Below are positions 18,914 through 31,100 of a stretch of 64,000 bases of DNA, piece after piece. The notes under the pieces were generated by a model. The model ran no database searches. It worked only from the letters and a program-made list of their open reading frames with translations, and had not been told where the DNA came from. The DNA lies in the NCBI GenBank assembly GCA_963813135.1, contig CAWEXY010000009.1, positions 86,865-150,864 of the forward strand, written 5' to 3'. The first letter of the stretch is position 1, and every line of letters begins with the position of its first letter. This DNA comes from an uncultured Verrucomicrobiae bacterium. Lineage in GTDB: Bacteria; Chlamydiota; Chlamydiia; Chlamydiales; Rhabdochlamydiaceae. A program made the translations under genes and the position numbers.

Positions 18914-19813
18914 ATGATTAGTCGTTTGCAGTCTTTTGCTAGTTCGCATTGGAGATCGTGGGATAAAAAAGCAGATTGGCATGCCGAGCGGTTCATTCAA
19001 GGTACGAGTGTTTTTTTTGACCCGCCCATGAAGCATCTGATGACGAATGAATTTCAAACCCAAACCAAGATTATGGTATTTTGGCTGGCTACACTTGCTA
19101 CGTTGCAAACAACGTCGGTTACCCCTCTGTTGCCTGTTTATTTCGGCTATCCTCTTGGGGTTTTAACTCTAGTTTTTGTGGGAAGGCCTCTTTTGCGTCA
19201 CCTTAAATCGCATATTGATGTCTGCAGAAATGAATTCTCCGCCGAAAAACGCCTTTTAGCTCTCGCAGTTCCCATGGTTCTTTGCGGAATCAATGCATCT
19301 CTTTTTTATGCTGCCAAGTTTTCGTCAGCCCCGAAAGCGCCATTTCCCGTTGTCTTTTGGTTGATGGCTTTAAATGCTGGGACAAGTTTGCTTTTCCATT
19401 GCGCCTTACTGTTAGGCGAAAGGCTTTCACCTGTAAAATCAACTGAACGAGAAATTCTTAAGGTTATTCCTGAGATAGTAGAGCTTCGTTTCAAAATCAA
19501 AATGCTAGATCGATTTGTTCGATCTCGACCTGAGCTCTTGCAGCTATGCTTGGAATGCTTATCAAAGCATCGATTTTCTTTTCCTTTCCCACCTTTAAAA
19601 CTGAATGTAAACGAACAAGATAATATTTTTAAGAAATGGGAGTCTCTTGAAAAGCATAAGATTGCTCTGGAATATCATTTAAATCAAAGAATCTATTTCA
19701 TACGACGATATCCGCAGCTCTATGAGTGTTTTAGCGAACATGTAATGCGGGACCAAGCAGATATGCAGGCCAAAAGAAAGAAGTTTGATATTTACTATAA
19801 ATTTACTTACTAA
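18914..19813 (+). CDS. hypothetical membrane protein (two hydrophobic hairpins, ~4 TM)
   Basis: IMVFWLATLATL..GVLTLVFVG and LLALAVPMVLCG..VVFWLMALNAGTSLLFHCALLL. Confidence 0.7.
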   Translation: MISRLQSFASSHWRSWDKKADWHAERFIQGTSVFFDPPMKHLMTNEFQTQTKIMVFWLATLATLQTTSVTPLLPVYFGYPLGVLTLVFVGRPLLRHLKSHIDVCRNEFSAEKRLLALAVPMVLCGINASLFYAAKFSSAPKAPFPVVFWLMALNAGTSLLFHCALLLGERLSPVKSTEREILKVIPEIVELRFKIKMLDRFVRSRPELLQLCLECLSKHRFSFPFPPLKLNVNEQDNIFKKWESLEKHKIALEYHLNQRIYFIRRYPQLYECFSEHVMRDQADMQAKRKKFDIYYKFTY

Positions 19814-19819
19814 AGAATA

Positions 19820-22800
19820 ATGTCAATTTGGCCAAACTATATCTCTCATAATATTAGTTCATTTCTAACGCGAGAACAACAAACTGTTTATCAAAATCTG
19901 TCATCTCGCTTCCAAACTTATCTTGACGAAGCTCTTTTAAATTCTGAAAGCTCCCAGGATCTTGATAAAACTTATGATATATTTGATATCCTGAAGTCTT
20001 TTAAAAATAAAACATTGCAGGACGTAGCGGAAAGTTTTTTAACAACACTGTTAAAAGATAATAATAGTGATGTTTATCTGAAAAAGACGCTGAAAATATG
20101 CCGTAAGGTTGGGGGCGATTGTTTTTTTCAATACGCTTCTACTAAGAAAAACCAATATTATTCTGCAGCGTCGCTTCTCAAAATCATTGACGGATTTCAT
20201 CAAAGCTTATCGTCATTAAGTAATCAAGCATTTTCCATCATAGCAGATTGTCCACCCTATGATGAAGGAGGAGAGTCGTTTTTATTAAGTCTTACCTCAA
20301 CAACTACTGCGGCGGTATCCGTAGCAAAGACGCAAAGGAAGTCTGTCCAGACAGCATCGCTTCAATCCTCAACAGTTGAGATTTTTTCTCGCGCTAATTT
20401 AGCTTTTAAAGAAATGAAGGCATTAGCTCTTCGCTTTCTGGTTTCTTTGCCAGAAAAAAATCGTCTTCCTATGAATGTTTATCTCAAGCTTTTTGTCAAG
20501 CTGCAAAAGGACTTTAAAGATGGGCTAACCCTTGCTGAGCAGGCAGTTTTGGTGAAGCTTGTTTTAAGAGCAACAACTAATGCAGATAAGCCTATCAGCG
20601 CAGCATATTCTAATGCAGATTTGCAGCAATTGCTCGAAGAAGCGGCTCTTATTCATAAACGTTTTGGTGATGAATTTCTTATTTCTTTTTGCACAGCGCC
20701 CGAATTTGTTAAAAAAGTTCCCTTAGAAGAGTTCACTCAAGCACTAAGTCTTATTGGTCTCCTTTCTCACAATTCGGAAATTCTAGGGTTTCTCCATGAG
20801 AACACAGTGCTTTTTTCAAAAGAGAAAATTAATTTACTTCAATTATTAGAGAGGCTCGAAAATAAAGCAGCGGAACTGGGTATAGATGCTCAGACAAAAG
20901 AAGGGGACCTCAGAGATCTAATTCGGAGGTTTGAAGAGTTAGAGTTCAACACGCAGTTTCGAAAGCGTCTTGATTTATTGGAAAAGCAGTATATGACCGT
21001 TAAAGAATATTGCGAAGAATGGAAAAAACTTCCCATTAACCAATTAGTCAACAAGGCATTAGAGATCCGTGAAAAAACACTAAAAACTTCGCTCACACAA
21101 GAAGATATACTAAAGTTAATCGCCATAGGTCGTTTAGCTCTTCGCATTAAATTTCAGATTTATCTGCATAACACACAAATTCTTACAATTTTAGGACAGC
21201 TTGCTCATGAGAAGGGATGCCTAGCCCAGGTAAAAACTGGCGAAGGAAAGTCCATGATCGTCGCTTTGCTAGCCTTTGTTTTGACAATGCAAAGAAAGGG
21301 GGTTCATATTATTTCCTCCTCGCACAATCTTGCCATCCGAGATCAAAAAAAATACGCGCAATTTTTCAAAGTTTTTGGAATTAACTCTTCCCATATCTGT
21401 GAAAACCAACCACATGCAAAACAGTTTCAGGGACAAATTCTCTATGGAACAGCTACAGATTTTGAGTTCGCTATCATGAGGGAGCTGCTCTTTTCCGAGA
21501 AGTTATTTCCCGTAGCAAATGACGCTGCGAAGAATTATCGATTTGATTGTGTTATCATTGATGAGGTCGATAATTTGACAATTGATACAGCTCAAAACGG
21601 CGCTCGAATGGGTTATCCGACAGAAGCTGAATATGATTGGGTATATGTTCCTATTTTAGAATTTGTCAAAAAGAATTTTGCAGCAAACGATAAAGAAAAG
21701 ATGTCCGACCAAGAAACTTTTGATCGTCTCAGAACCTTTTTGCTTCAATATTTAAACGGAATTTTCAGCGTACAATTAGAGAAATTATCGGATAACAATA
21801 AGTTCAAAGATTGGTTGGAATATGCTCATCGGGCTCTTTTTAGTCTTCAAGAAGGGATACATTACGTAATCGGAAAAAAACAAATGTCGGACGGAAATTT
21901 TACGAAGGGCATTTTGATTGTTGATGCCGAGAATACCGGAAGGATTATGCATGGTTCTCGTTGGAGTGGAGGGCTTCATGAGTTCGTTGAGGCCAAGCAT
22001 AATCTGGAAATTGAGCGAGAAAGCATAACGCCGCTGTCTTTCTCACATGCAGTTTTTTATCCTATGTACGACCTTATATATGGGTTAACAGGAACTTTAG
22101 GATCTGAAATCGAACGCGAGGAAATCAAGGATATTTATGGCATCGCTTCTTTTGATGTGCCAACGCATAATCCTCCGCGCAGACAAGATTTGGCTACGGT
22201 TATCTTGCCGACCGAAGATCTTTACCTCAAGACGATTATCAACCGTATTAAAATGCTTAAACAACAAGGCCGGCCGGTGTTGGTTCTTTGCCAGACTATC
22301 AATGATTCCAAATTACTTCAACAGCTTGCAAAAGATCAAGATATCCCCCTAGAGGTGCTCAATGAAATGCAAGAGAAGAGCGAGGAGGAAGTTATTGAAC
22401 ATGCGGGGATGCCAGGATCTGTGCTCATAGCCACCAATACAGCAACTAGAGGTGTGGATATTTTGCTAAAAGGCGCTAGTCATGCCAATGGGGGGTTGGG
22501 CGTCATAATAACGTTTTATCCTGATTCTGTGCGTGTTGAGTTTCAGGCTAAAGGCAGGGCGGGCCGACAAGGGCAGGCGGGATCATCAGAAATGATTCTT
22601 TCAGCCACTCGCTTGGGATTCGCTAACACCGATCCTGACATGCGTCCCGAAACAAGCATACAGATGTTGAATAAGCTAGCCAAGGAAAGAAAGGCTCATG
22701 CTGGCATGATGAAAAGTGTGCATACTTCTAGAGCGAGGGTTGAACGTTTTTATTATACTTCTTATGTTTCTGCATTCTTTAAAAAGTTAACCGACTTTAC

Positions 22801-23359
22801 CCAACAACTGGATAATGAAAGTTTTTTAACGCGTCTAGCGACATCCCTTAGTACGCGAAAATTGCTCCAAATAAGAGAACCTGCTGAAGGTCTGCACATA
22901 AAAGATCATCAAATTGCAGAAGACGCATTGAGGCTTTTGGCGACACAAGGAATGGATAAACTTACTTGGAAGACGCTCGTAAAATTGGCAGGGAATAGGA
23001 TTAAGGATCAAGCGATTAAGGACTGGACGTTAAGTTTTTATCAACAGGTCGAAGCTATGATAAAAAAGTCCAATCTCCAGGCATGTGCTCAGGCGAAAGA
23101 ATATTTAGAACGTCGATTGGAACAAGCTTTGCCCGGGATAGGTCAAACAACTCTTGGCAGAGTTTTATTTCAAAATTTAGAAGATGATATTAATAATCTG
23201 ACAGATATTGAAATGAGATGTCTAAAAGAAAGTATCACTGGTTTGTACTTAGAAAAACGAGCTTGTTGGGAAAAGTATCTCGATCCTTCTGGTAATGGAA
23301 TTATTGAATATTTGCGTACAATTACTGGTGCAAAACTTACAAATATTGAGGAAAAATAA
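19820..23359 (+). CDS. SecA-like DEAD-box ATPase with a long non-SecA N-terminus (not housekeeping SecA)
   Basis: QVKTGEGKS (Walker A), IIDEVD, TGRIM..SRWSGGLH.FVEAK, GLTGTLG, VPTH, GRPVLV, ATN.ATRGVDI, Q.KGRAGRQG..G; ~430-aa N-terminal extension. Confidence 0.88.
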   Translation: MSIWPNYISHNISSFLTREQQTVYQNLSSRFQTYLDEALLNSESSQDLDKTYDIFDILKSFKNKTLQDVAESFLTTLLKDNNSDVYLKKTLKICRKVGGDCFFQYASTKKNQYYSAASLLKIIDGFHQSLSSLSNQAFSIIADCPPYDEGGESFLLSLTSTTTAAVSVAKTQRKSVQTASLQSSTVEIFSRANLAFKEMKALALRFLVSLPEKNRLPMNVYLKLFVKLQKDFKDGLTLAEQAVLVKLVLRATTNADKPISAAYSNADLQQLLEEAALIHKRFGDEFLISFCTAPEFVKKVPLEEFTQALSLIGLLSHNSEILGFLHENTVLFSKEKINLLQLLERLENKAAELGIDAQTKEGDLRDLIRRFEELEFNTQFRKRLDLLEKQYMTVKEYCEEWKKLPINQLVNKALEIREKTLKTSLTQEDILKLIAIGRLALRIKFQIYLHNTQILTILGQLAHEKGCLAQVKTGEGKSMIVALLAFVLTMQRKGVHIISSSHNLAIRDQKKYAQFFKVFGINSSHICENQPHAKQFQGQILYGTATDFEFAIMRELLFSEKLFPVANDAAKNYRFDCVIIDEVDNLTIDTAQNGARMGYPTEAEYDWVYVPILEFVKKNFAANDKEKMSDQETFDRLRTFLLQYLNGIFSVQLEKLSDNNKFKDWLEYAHRALFSLQEGIHYVIGKKQMSDGNFTKGILIVDAENTGRIMHGSRWSGGLHEFVEAKHNLEIERESITPLSFSHAVFYPMYDLIYGLTGTLGSEIEREEIKDIYGIASFDVPTHNPPRRQDLATVILPTEDLYLKTIINRIKMLKQQGRPVLVLCQTINDSKLLQQLAKDQDIPLEVLNEMQEKSEEEVIEHAGMPGSVLIATNTATRGVDILLKGASHANGGLGVIITFYPDSVRVEFQAKGRAGRQGQAGSSEMILSATRLGFANTDPDMRPETSIQMLNKLAKERKAHAGMMKSVHTSRARVERFYYTSYVSAFFKKLTDFTQQLDNESFLTRLATSLSTRKLLQIREPAEGLHIKDHQIAEDALRLLATQGMDKLTWKTLVKLAGNRIKDQAIKDWTLSFYQQVEAMIKKSNLQACAQAKEYLERRLEQALPGIGQTTLGRVLFQNLEDDINNLTDIEMRCLKESITGLYLEKRACWEKYLDPSGNGIIEYLRTITGAKLTNIEEK

Positions 23360-23490
23360 GAGTGTTATTAATAAGTTGCAGCGAATTTGAATGCAAGGGA
23401 GCTTTTCGTTTAGTATATTTTTCCTACAAGCTTAAGGGCTGGTGTCATTGTACGAGAGAAGGGATTTTTGGTTATTTAGTGGTCAAATAA

Positions 23491-23613
23491 ATGAGAATGG
23501 AGTCGCAAATGCGAAATTTTGATGAGTTGTTAGAAGAAGCCAAGTGGGGAAAGCTCATTGGGCGTGAGTCGATTTATGCAGCTCATAGAATTAAAAAGGG
23601 TAAACTTTTATGA
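23491..23613 (+). CDS. 40-aa ORF overlapping the LRR gene start (ATGA)
   Basis: MRMESQMRNFDELLEEAKWGKLIG..; its TGA overlaps the ATG at 23610. Confidence 0.3.
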   Translation: MRMESQMRNFDELLEEAKWGKLIGRESIYAAHRIKKGKLL

Positions 23614-25166
23614 GTCAAACGCCTTTTGAATCTTATGGTTATGGATCGGTGCATCTTGTTCCTAGAGAAAATATCCAAGAGTTAGCTCTCGGGAAGCCAA
23701 CTTTTATTCAATTTTCGATGAATACTTTTCAGGATGAAATAGAAGTTCGATATTTTATTGAAAATAATCCTCAATTAACCAAGGTTCAACTTAATATTGG
23801 AGCAGGATGGTTAATTCCGTACCTGGAAGCTTTGCCCAATCTTTCACATTTATCGCTCCAAACAGGAATGGGAAAAGCGGGGATCGATAGTCTTCATAAA
23901 TTGCGACAGCTGCATGTCTTGGAAATGTCAGAAGGCATTTTTTTAGACAGAGGATTTTTTCACACGTTGCCTCAGCTTTCCAATTTAAATTCTCTAAGCA
24001 TTTCTGATTGCGAGTATGTTTATGATGATGATTTAGAATTTATTACAAAGTTAAAAAACCTAACCTGCCTTAGACTTCATTTGGCTGATATTAGTGATGA
24101 AGGTTTAAAGCATTTAGTTTCCATGCAGGGGCTAACATGTTTAGAATTAGCTTATTGTGGAATAAGCGATGTGGGGTTGAAGTATTTAACTAAGTTAACA
24201 AATTTGGAGGAGTTAATTCTTGGCGGCGGAGAATTTTCTAATGTCGGCCTGCAGAGTATTACTAAATTGAACGGGCTTAAAAATTTTAAACTATCGGGAT
24301 ATTATGAAAAAATTAATGATAATGGTATAGCCTATCTAGAAAAACTAGTAAATCTAAAGCATCTTCATATTGAGGGTTGTTATGAGCTAACAGATGCTGC
24401 TATGCAGCACATTAATAAGTTAAATAATTTAGAAAGCTTTTCTTTAACAGATAGTGGTTGGATTACTAGTGAAGGGGTGGCCGGGTTGAAGAATTTTATC
24501 AACATTCAACACCTCGATATTAGTCGTTTGACTTTCATTGACGATGAATGCCTTAACTACTTGCTGAGCTTTCATCGTTTAAAATCACTCAACTTGAATG
24601 GCTGCTCTTTTATTACAGATATTGGATTGAATAATCTTGCTAATTTGTTAAGTCTTGAGTTCTTAGATCTTGGAAATTGTTATAACATCACTGATAGCAC
24701 TCTTTCACAACTATCATCCTTAAAAAAATTAGAAAAATTAATTTTATCAGGATGTGAAAATATTACAGGTGATGGATTAAGATCTTTAGTAAATATACAA
24801 TCGCTGAAATACATAGATCTTCAAGGATGTAAAAATATTTCAGATGGGGGTCTCGAATTCTTAGAGCATTTAAAAAATCTTGAGATTCTCAACTTAGAAA
24901 ACTGTTTATTAATTACAGATAAAGGCCTTTCATCCATTAGTAACCTTGAGAAATTGAAAAAGATAGATTTATATAAATGTGAAAATGTTACAGATAGAGG
25001 CCTTCGTTATTTAGCTAAAATTCCGGCTCTTGAATATGTGAATGTTCGGCTTTGTAGATATATAAGCGATGAGGGTGCTCAATATCTAATAAATAATAAC
25101 ATTGCTGTTGCTTATACGCGATGGCGTCAGCAACAAAAAGCAGAAGATATACATACCAAAGAATAA
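23610..25166 (+). CDS. leucine-rich repeat protein (cysteine-containing LRR_CC/AMN1 type)
   Basis: Many ~25-aa repeats LxxLxLxGCxxITDxGLxxLxxL. Confidence 0.92.
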   Translation: MSQTPFESYGYGSVHLVPRENIQELALGKPTFIQFSMNTFQDEIEVRYFIENNPQLTKVQLNIGAGWLIPYLEALPNLSHLSLQTGMGKAGIDSLHKLRQLHVLEMSEGIFLDRGFFHTLPQLSNLNSLSISDCEYVYDDDLEFITKLKNLTCLRLHLADISDEGLKHLVSMQGLTCLELAYCGISDVGLKYLTKLTNLEELILGGGEFSNVGLQSITKLNGLKNFKLSGYYEKINDNGIAYLEKLVNLKHLHIEGCYELTDAAMQHINKLNNLESFSLTDSGWITSEGVAGLKNFINIQHLDISRLTFIDDECLNYLLSFHRLKSLNLNGCSFITDIGLNNLANLLSLEFLDLGNCYNITDSTLSQLSSLKKLEKLILSGCENITGDGLRSLVNIQSLKYIDLQGCKNISDGGLEFLEHLKNLEILNLENCLLITDKGLSSISNLEKLKKIDLYKCENVTDRGLRYLAKIPALEYVNVRLCRYISDEGAQYLINNNIAVAYTRWRQQQKAEDIHTKE

Positions 25167-25188
25167 GATTAACTAGAGAAACAAAACT

Positions 25189-28100
25189 ATGCTACCAGCT
25201 AAGGCCATTCTTACGCAGGAAAATTCCAGATCAGATTTAGAGGGTTCTTCTATTGAAAAAAGGAACTTGTTTTTCTTTTCTAGCTCGACCGGACAAACTA
25301 TTAATGTTGATAGAGTCATTGCTATATATAATCAGCTTAAACCGCTAACACTTCCTTTTTTGGATAAGGAGTCTCGACAAGTTCAACTTTGGAAAGTTCC
25401 TGGTTATGGTTTAATCGGTTCCGTGTTAGATCAAGGTGGTGCTTTAAAAATCATTCCAGGGCGAAACATCCGAAATCCCCTGAATCCAAACGAAAATCCA
25501 GAACATTTGCTTTCGCGTCTTGATAACTTTGATCTAAGAGGATGGAAAATCATTTATGATGTTCGGGCAGTAACGCTTACCCTGTGGCCGCATCTGATTG
25601 CCGCTGGCGGAGAGACAAGGGATATTCGCTTTCGGGGAAGTCCTATTCGTTATCTATCCCAAGAAGAACTTATTCAAAAGCTGAAAGCAAGAGGTTTTGT
25701 ACCAACAGAGACGGATCCAAACGTTTGGGTTAACGAAAGTCGAATGAAAGGAAATCCTGCGAAAGACGTGGGAATCGCGGTTCATTTTGATCGTCCAGGA
25801 GAGGGGAATAATCTCAATGAACCTCTTCATATCGACTTGAAATTTACTCCTACTAAACGTCTTGAGATAAAAAACCAGCGAGATGCATTTAAAAAGGCAC
25901 AACTAGATAATTTTAATAAAAGGATTCTAAACAGCACAAGCAAGGAAGAAAGAAGACAGGCAGAGACAGATCTGCACAATTTTAAGAAACAGGTCAAAGC
26001 AGATGAAACCCGGCATAAAAACGTACACACTAAATGGCGTCTTGTTTATGGACAAAAACGTCCTGAAAATCCACCTTCCGGTCCCAATAAACCAGGGCCT
26101 GGCAATCCACCCGGAAAAGGTCCTGGTCCCAAGGATTTTCAGCAGCGGCTTCAACAAACCAAACTCACCGATTCTTACAATAGCAGCCATTCTCGTAATC
26201 CCGTTCCTCCAAAAGGCGGAACAGGCGGTCAAATTGGCGGCGTAGCTTGTAGTACGACCTATATCAAAGGCCTTTTTGATTCTCCTGAGACTCTTTTTGA
26301 AGAAGAGCATTATTTTTGTTTGCCTAAACTTGAAGGCGACAAGCTACCTTTTACAGATACTGAGCTGCGTCAAATTTTACGCGAGTTGGCCATCGGCATT
26401 TATACCCACAGCACTGTGCCTTTCTTTAGCTTGCATTTCAATCAAAATGCTGATCTTTTTCCGGTGATTCACCCTGTATATCAGAATACCTTAGTAGGTC
26501 GAGTGATAAGCATGCTCGACTACATCATGAAAGGGTATCTAAATGGAGGCATTTTTGAAGAGGATTTTATCGACGAATGGCAAAAAGATCCGAACTGGAA
26601 CAAAAAAGGGCCTTCTTCTTTCCAAAAACTCATTAATTTTGAAGAATATTGCTCGGTCAAGCTTAAGGGAGCGGACAAGCATTATCAATCGCTAAGGGGT
26701 CTGATGCAATCGAAAGGAGTGCTGCAACAAAAGGATGGGCTCTTAAAGAAGGCATTAGCGGCAGCGAAAGCAATAGGAATCGAGGTTCCAGACGAAGCAG
26801 AGAGGGAACCGGAGGCTTTGTCACGCTTTTCTGGATTTACAAATTCATTTCGTATTATCGCAAAGCAGAATACTATTCAAAAAGAAGGCAACGTTTTTGT
26901 TTTAGATTCGGATTTTGATGTGCTTTATACAATTAATCCTTCACCTGAATATGAAGATTCGCTCAACCTCTTTCTACGAAAACATGGCCATCTTCCCCCT
27001 TCTTATGAAAATATGATACAGGCTTATGAGACAATGGCCAAAGAGATCCATGATCATATGGTGAAAATGCCTTTATGCCGCGATTATTTCTCCATGCTAG
27101 CAATTATCAATTTCTTTTCAGGTTATTTCTCAACTCTCAAAGCACATCGTAAAATACCCGTATTGCCTGCTTTAGAAATAAATAGCGTCAAAGGCAGCCC
27201 AGCCTTGTTTCCACATTTGCCTTTAAACACCGCTAAAACTGAGCATTTACAAGCCAATAAACATAAAATTCTAAAACGCATATTAAAAGATCAGGGAAAC
27301 AGTCTAAAAAATTATTTGTCCGAAGGTTTTGATTACTTAACAAGTTCAAAAGGTAACACTTCATTAATCGAGTTCAATCTTGACAAAAAGAAACAGCTTG
27401 AGAGCCTATTTGAAGCTGCATTTAAAGATGATGTGTTACAACATTGTAGCCATCTTTTTAAACGATATCTCGAATTAAACTATGAGAAGGTATCCCCCCA
27501 TATACAAAAGGCAGCCGCAGGCTTTTTTCAGGACATTCTAAAAACTTTAGAGGAAGCAGTACAGCAGGTTAAAACGCAGAGACAAGGAAGCCGCGCCAGT
27601 TTGTCCGTGAAAAAAATTGGCAAACATAAGTCTAATATACTGCAACGAACCATCGATGCATATCTTGCAGATCCTAAATTGGATGAAGCGGAAAATATTT
27701 TTGTATTCCCCGAAGAGTATTCCACAACTCGTATCAAATCGGAAATGTCTGCGAATCAATTGGAGGAGAACATAAGGGTAGTAGGCGGATGCGGCATGCA
27801 ACTACGGGAGCAAACAGTAGAATCTTCACATAAAGCGGCTGAGATTTTGCGTAATCACCATGCAAAGATATTAGATCTTAAACCTGAATCTTGGGAAATG
27901 CTGAGCAATGGTGAGGCCGATACTCATAAGAACGCAATTTTTCGCCTTCAGTTAGAAGAGGTTCCGTCTTGGATCAGCGACGATTATGCATGGATGGAGT
28001 CTCTTCTTCTTGTTCCAAAAGAAGAAGATGGGGAGAGCATTGAGAAGCGCTTAAAAATCCAGGAGGTCATGGAGGCGGGGGACAAAGAAGAATTCATCAA

Positions 28101-31100
28101 GCTAGTGGATCAAACTCCTCATTTATCACGAATGAAGGACAGATATCAGAGAAGTTTTTTACATCATGCCGCTCTATTGTCCGATCTTTTTTATCTCGAT
28201 TATCTTCTGAAAAAAGGCTTACCCTCAAAGGATGCGGATGTCCACGGTTATCTTCCCATTCATTATGCAGCGGTGCAAGGAAATATGCCGCACTTGAAAC
28301 TTCTCGCGATAAAAGATTATAAAGCCTTCAATGCGCGTTGCCGCAATGGGGCGACTCCTTTACTTGTTGCTATACAGCATGATCAATTACAAGCTGTGCA
28401 ATTTTTACTGTCAAAAACGAGGGTCTATGATGCTAATACTGGAGGTTATAATCCTCTTCATTGCGCCCTTCATCAAGGCAATTTAGAAGTTATTGATGCA
28501 GTGTTATCTGCTTCTGCTCTCGTATCAAAATGCATAAACGAATTTGCTGAAGTCGGCGGCACACCTTTGATGCTGGCTTGCGAACTGGATTCTGCCGAAT
28601 TAGTTGAACGGCTTATAACGCTTGGGGCTGATCCTAAAGTCAAAAGAAAAGATGGAATGAGTGCCTTAGAAATCGCTGTCCATCGTGGTTGCAAACCTGT
28701 TGTAGAACGATTACTTAAGCTGGGCGTCCCAACAAAACGTGCTTTTGAACTAGCTTCCAAGGAAGGATCTGTTGAAGTAGTACAATTGATGACCCGTGCG
28801 CCATGGTTTTATTCTTATGAAAATTCTTATAAAGACACTGGTCTTCATACTGCCATACGTCACGGAAATATCCAAGCTGCTCTAGTCATAATTGAAAATT
28901 GTATAGATGTCAAATACTTGAGTGCGGTTAACCTTGGAGAAGAAACGCCCTTTAGTCTTGCTGCTGATTTAGGATCTTGGGGGCTTATTGCGGCACTATA
29001 CGAAAAAAGGGTTGCTATTGATTTTCATCGTTTGTTGAGGCTAGAATATCAACCTCTATTAGAAAAGTTCTTCAGCCAAAAACAACTTTCTACTCAAGAA
29101 TTACAACAGTACCTTTTAACAGCTGCGCAAGTGGGTAACTATCAAGCGATTACTTTTATTCTTGAACCTCGTGGAGCTAATTTACGAAAACTGAAGGATT
29201 CTAATGGTTGGAGGCTGCTCCATTATCTCGCAAAATTTGATGGTCTATATCAATTTACTCGCCTGATGTTTCAAGAAAAGGATCTGTTGCAGCCCCTGCC
29301 AAAGGAAGGAAATAAGACGCTTGCTTACATCGCTGCAGAACATCGAAGCTCGCGGGTTCTTAATTATCTTTTCGAGCAGATGAAACAAAGAAAGATTCCC
29401 CTGGAGAAACATTTCCATGATCGACATCTTTTTTATGCCATTATTGAATCCGGCGATGAAAAAATTTGCCAAAATGCATTAGAAATCTTCCATGAAAGCC
29501 AGTTAGCCAATGCTCCCCTCGACGAACAGGGTACGCGCGGTGTTCATTTAGCCGCCAAGAGAGGTCTTGAATCTGTACTAAAATTGCTTTCCCAAAAAGG
29601 CGCTGACTTAAATGTTCAAGACAAGCAAGGCTACACACCGCTGGATTACGCTGCTAGAGCGGGCGCAATGAACATTGTGTCTTTTCTACTTGAAGAAACG
29701 CATAAAGTTTCTGTTACAGCAAGAAGTCTATGCTTAGCGGCTGGTCGGAATGAAAAATTGCTAAAAAAGCTAAGTCAACGGGCTTCACAAGAGGTTCTGG
29801 ATGACGCCTTATTGATGGCGATCGATGCCCATAACGCTAAGGCCTTTGCACAGCTTAGAAAATATCATGCCTCGTTAGATGCCGTTTCTAAGCAAGGCTG
29901 GACTCCTCTACTAAAAGCAAGCGCCATAGGCTCCTTTGAAATTTTGAGAGAAATTTTAAAAAATCGACCCTTAGATATGAGGACGATTGATGGTAATAAT
30001 GCTCTTCATTTAGGAAGCATGCAAGGCCATTCCGAATGTGTGAGGCTGCTTATTCAAGCTGGTTATGTCGATGAAAAAAACCACAAGGGATTGACTGCTT
30101 GGGACCTATCTGAAAATAGGCCAAATGTGCAAGCAGCTCTCAAAAATGAAAAGCCTTCTTTTGATTTAGTTTCTCTGATTAAAAACGGTAAAGTTAAGAA
30201 GGTTGAAACAGCCATCTCTGAATTGCCTATAAATACAATTATTGCAATCGAAGATGGGCTTCGCACAATCTCTGGTACGCCTTTACAGCTTCTTATCCTT
30301 CTAGGGCTTGGGAAAAGCATGAACTCGTTTATCCAAAGTATGCTGCTTAAGCCGGATTTAGATCTCAATATACGGGATAGTGAAGGCAATACGCTTGCCC
30401 ATCTTCTGTTAACCATGGATGTTTTCCCTCAAGAACTGCGCCATATTGATTTGTCAGCAAAAAACTATCAAGGGCAAGGTTTTTTGCATATTGCTGCGCA
30501 GTATGCGAGTTCTAAGACATTGCAAGCGCTTTTGAATGTTATGAAACCTTTAAACGTAAATGAGGTGGACAATCAAGGGGTCACACCTATTTTTTTCGCC
30601 ATCGGACAAAATAATGAAGAAAATGTCCGGCTCCTCATTGAAAAAGGAGCTGATCTGAGGCACTATATGCATGATCTTTACACTCCCCTTGCAGCAGCTT
30701 TTCAAAAAAACAACTTAACATTGATCAAGCTACTACTTCAAAAAGGTGCAGATCCAAATCAACTCATACAAGTTGAGCAAATAACGCTATTAGATAAATC
30801 AATAATAACAAAAAAAGATGAAATCACTCGGTGCTTATTGTTTCATGGGGCTAATTGCGGTATTATTAGTGGAACTACGGATGAGCAGGCTATTCATTAT
30901 GCTGCGCAAGCGGGCAACATTCCTTTGTTGCGGCTATTGGATGCAAAAGGCCTTTCTTTGGATATCACAGATCGAAATGGATTGAGGCCAATTCATCATG
31001 CTGCCATACATGGCCAAACCGAAGCAGTTGCGGCGATTTCATCGTTAGATGAATGGGCTATTGAATCTCCCTTAAATACTGAGGAGGATAGTGATAATCC

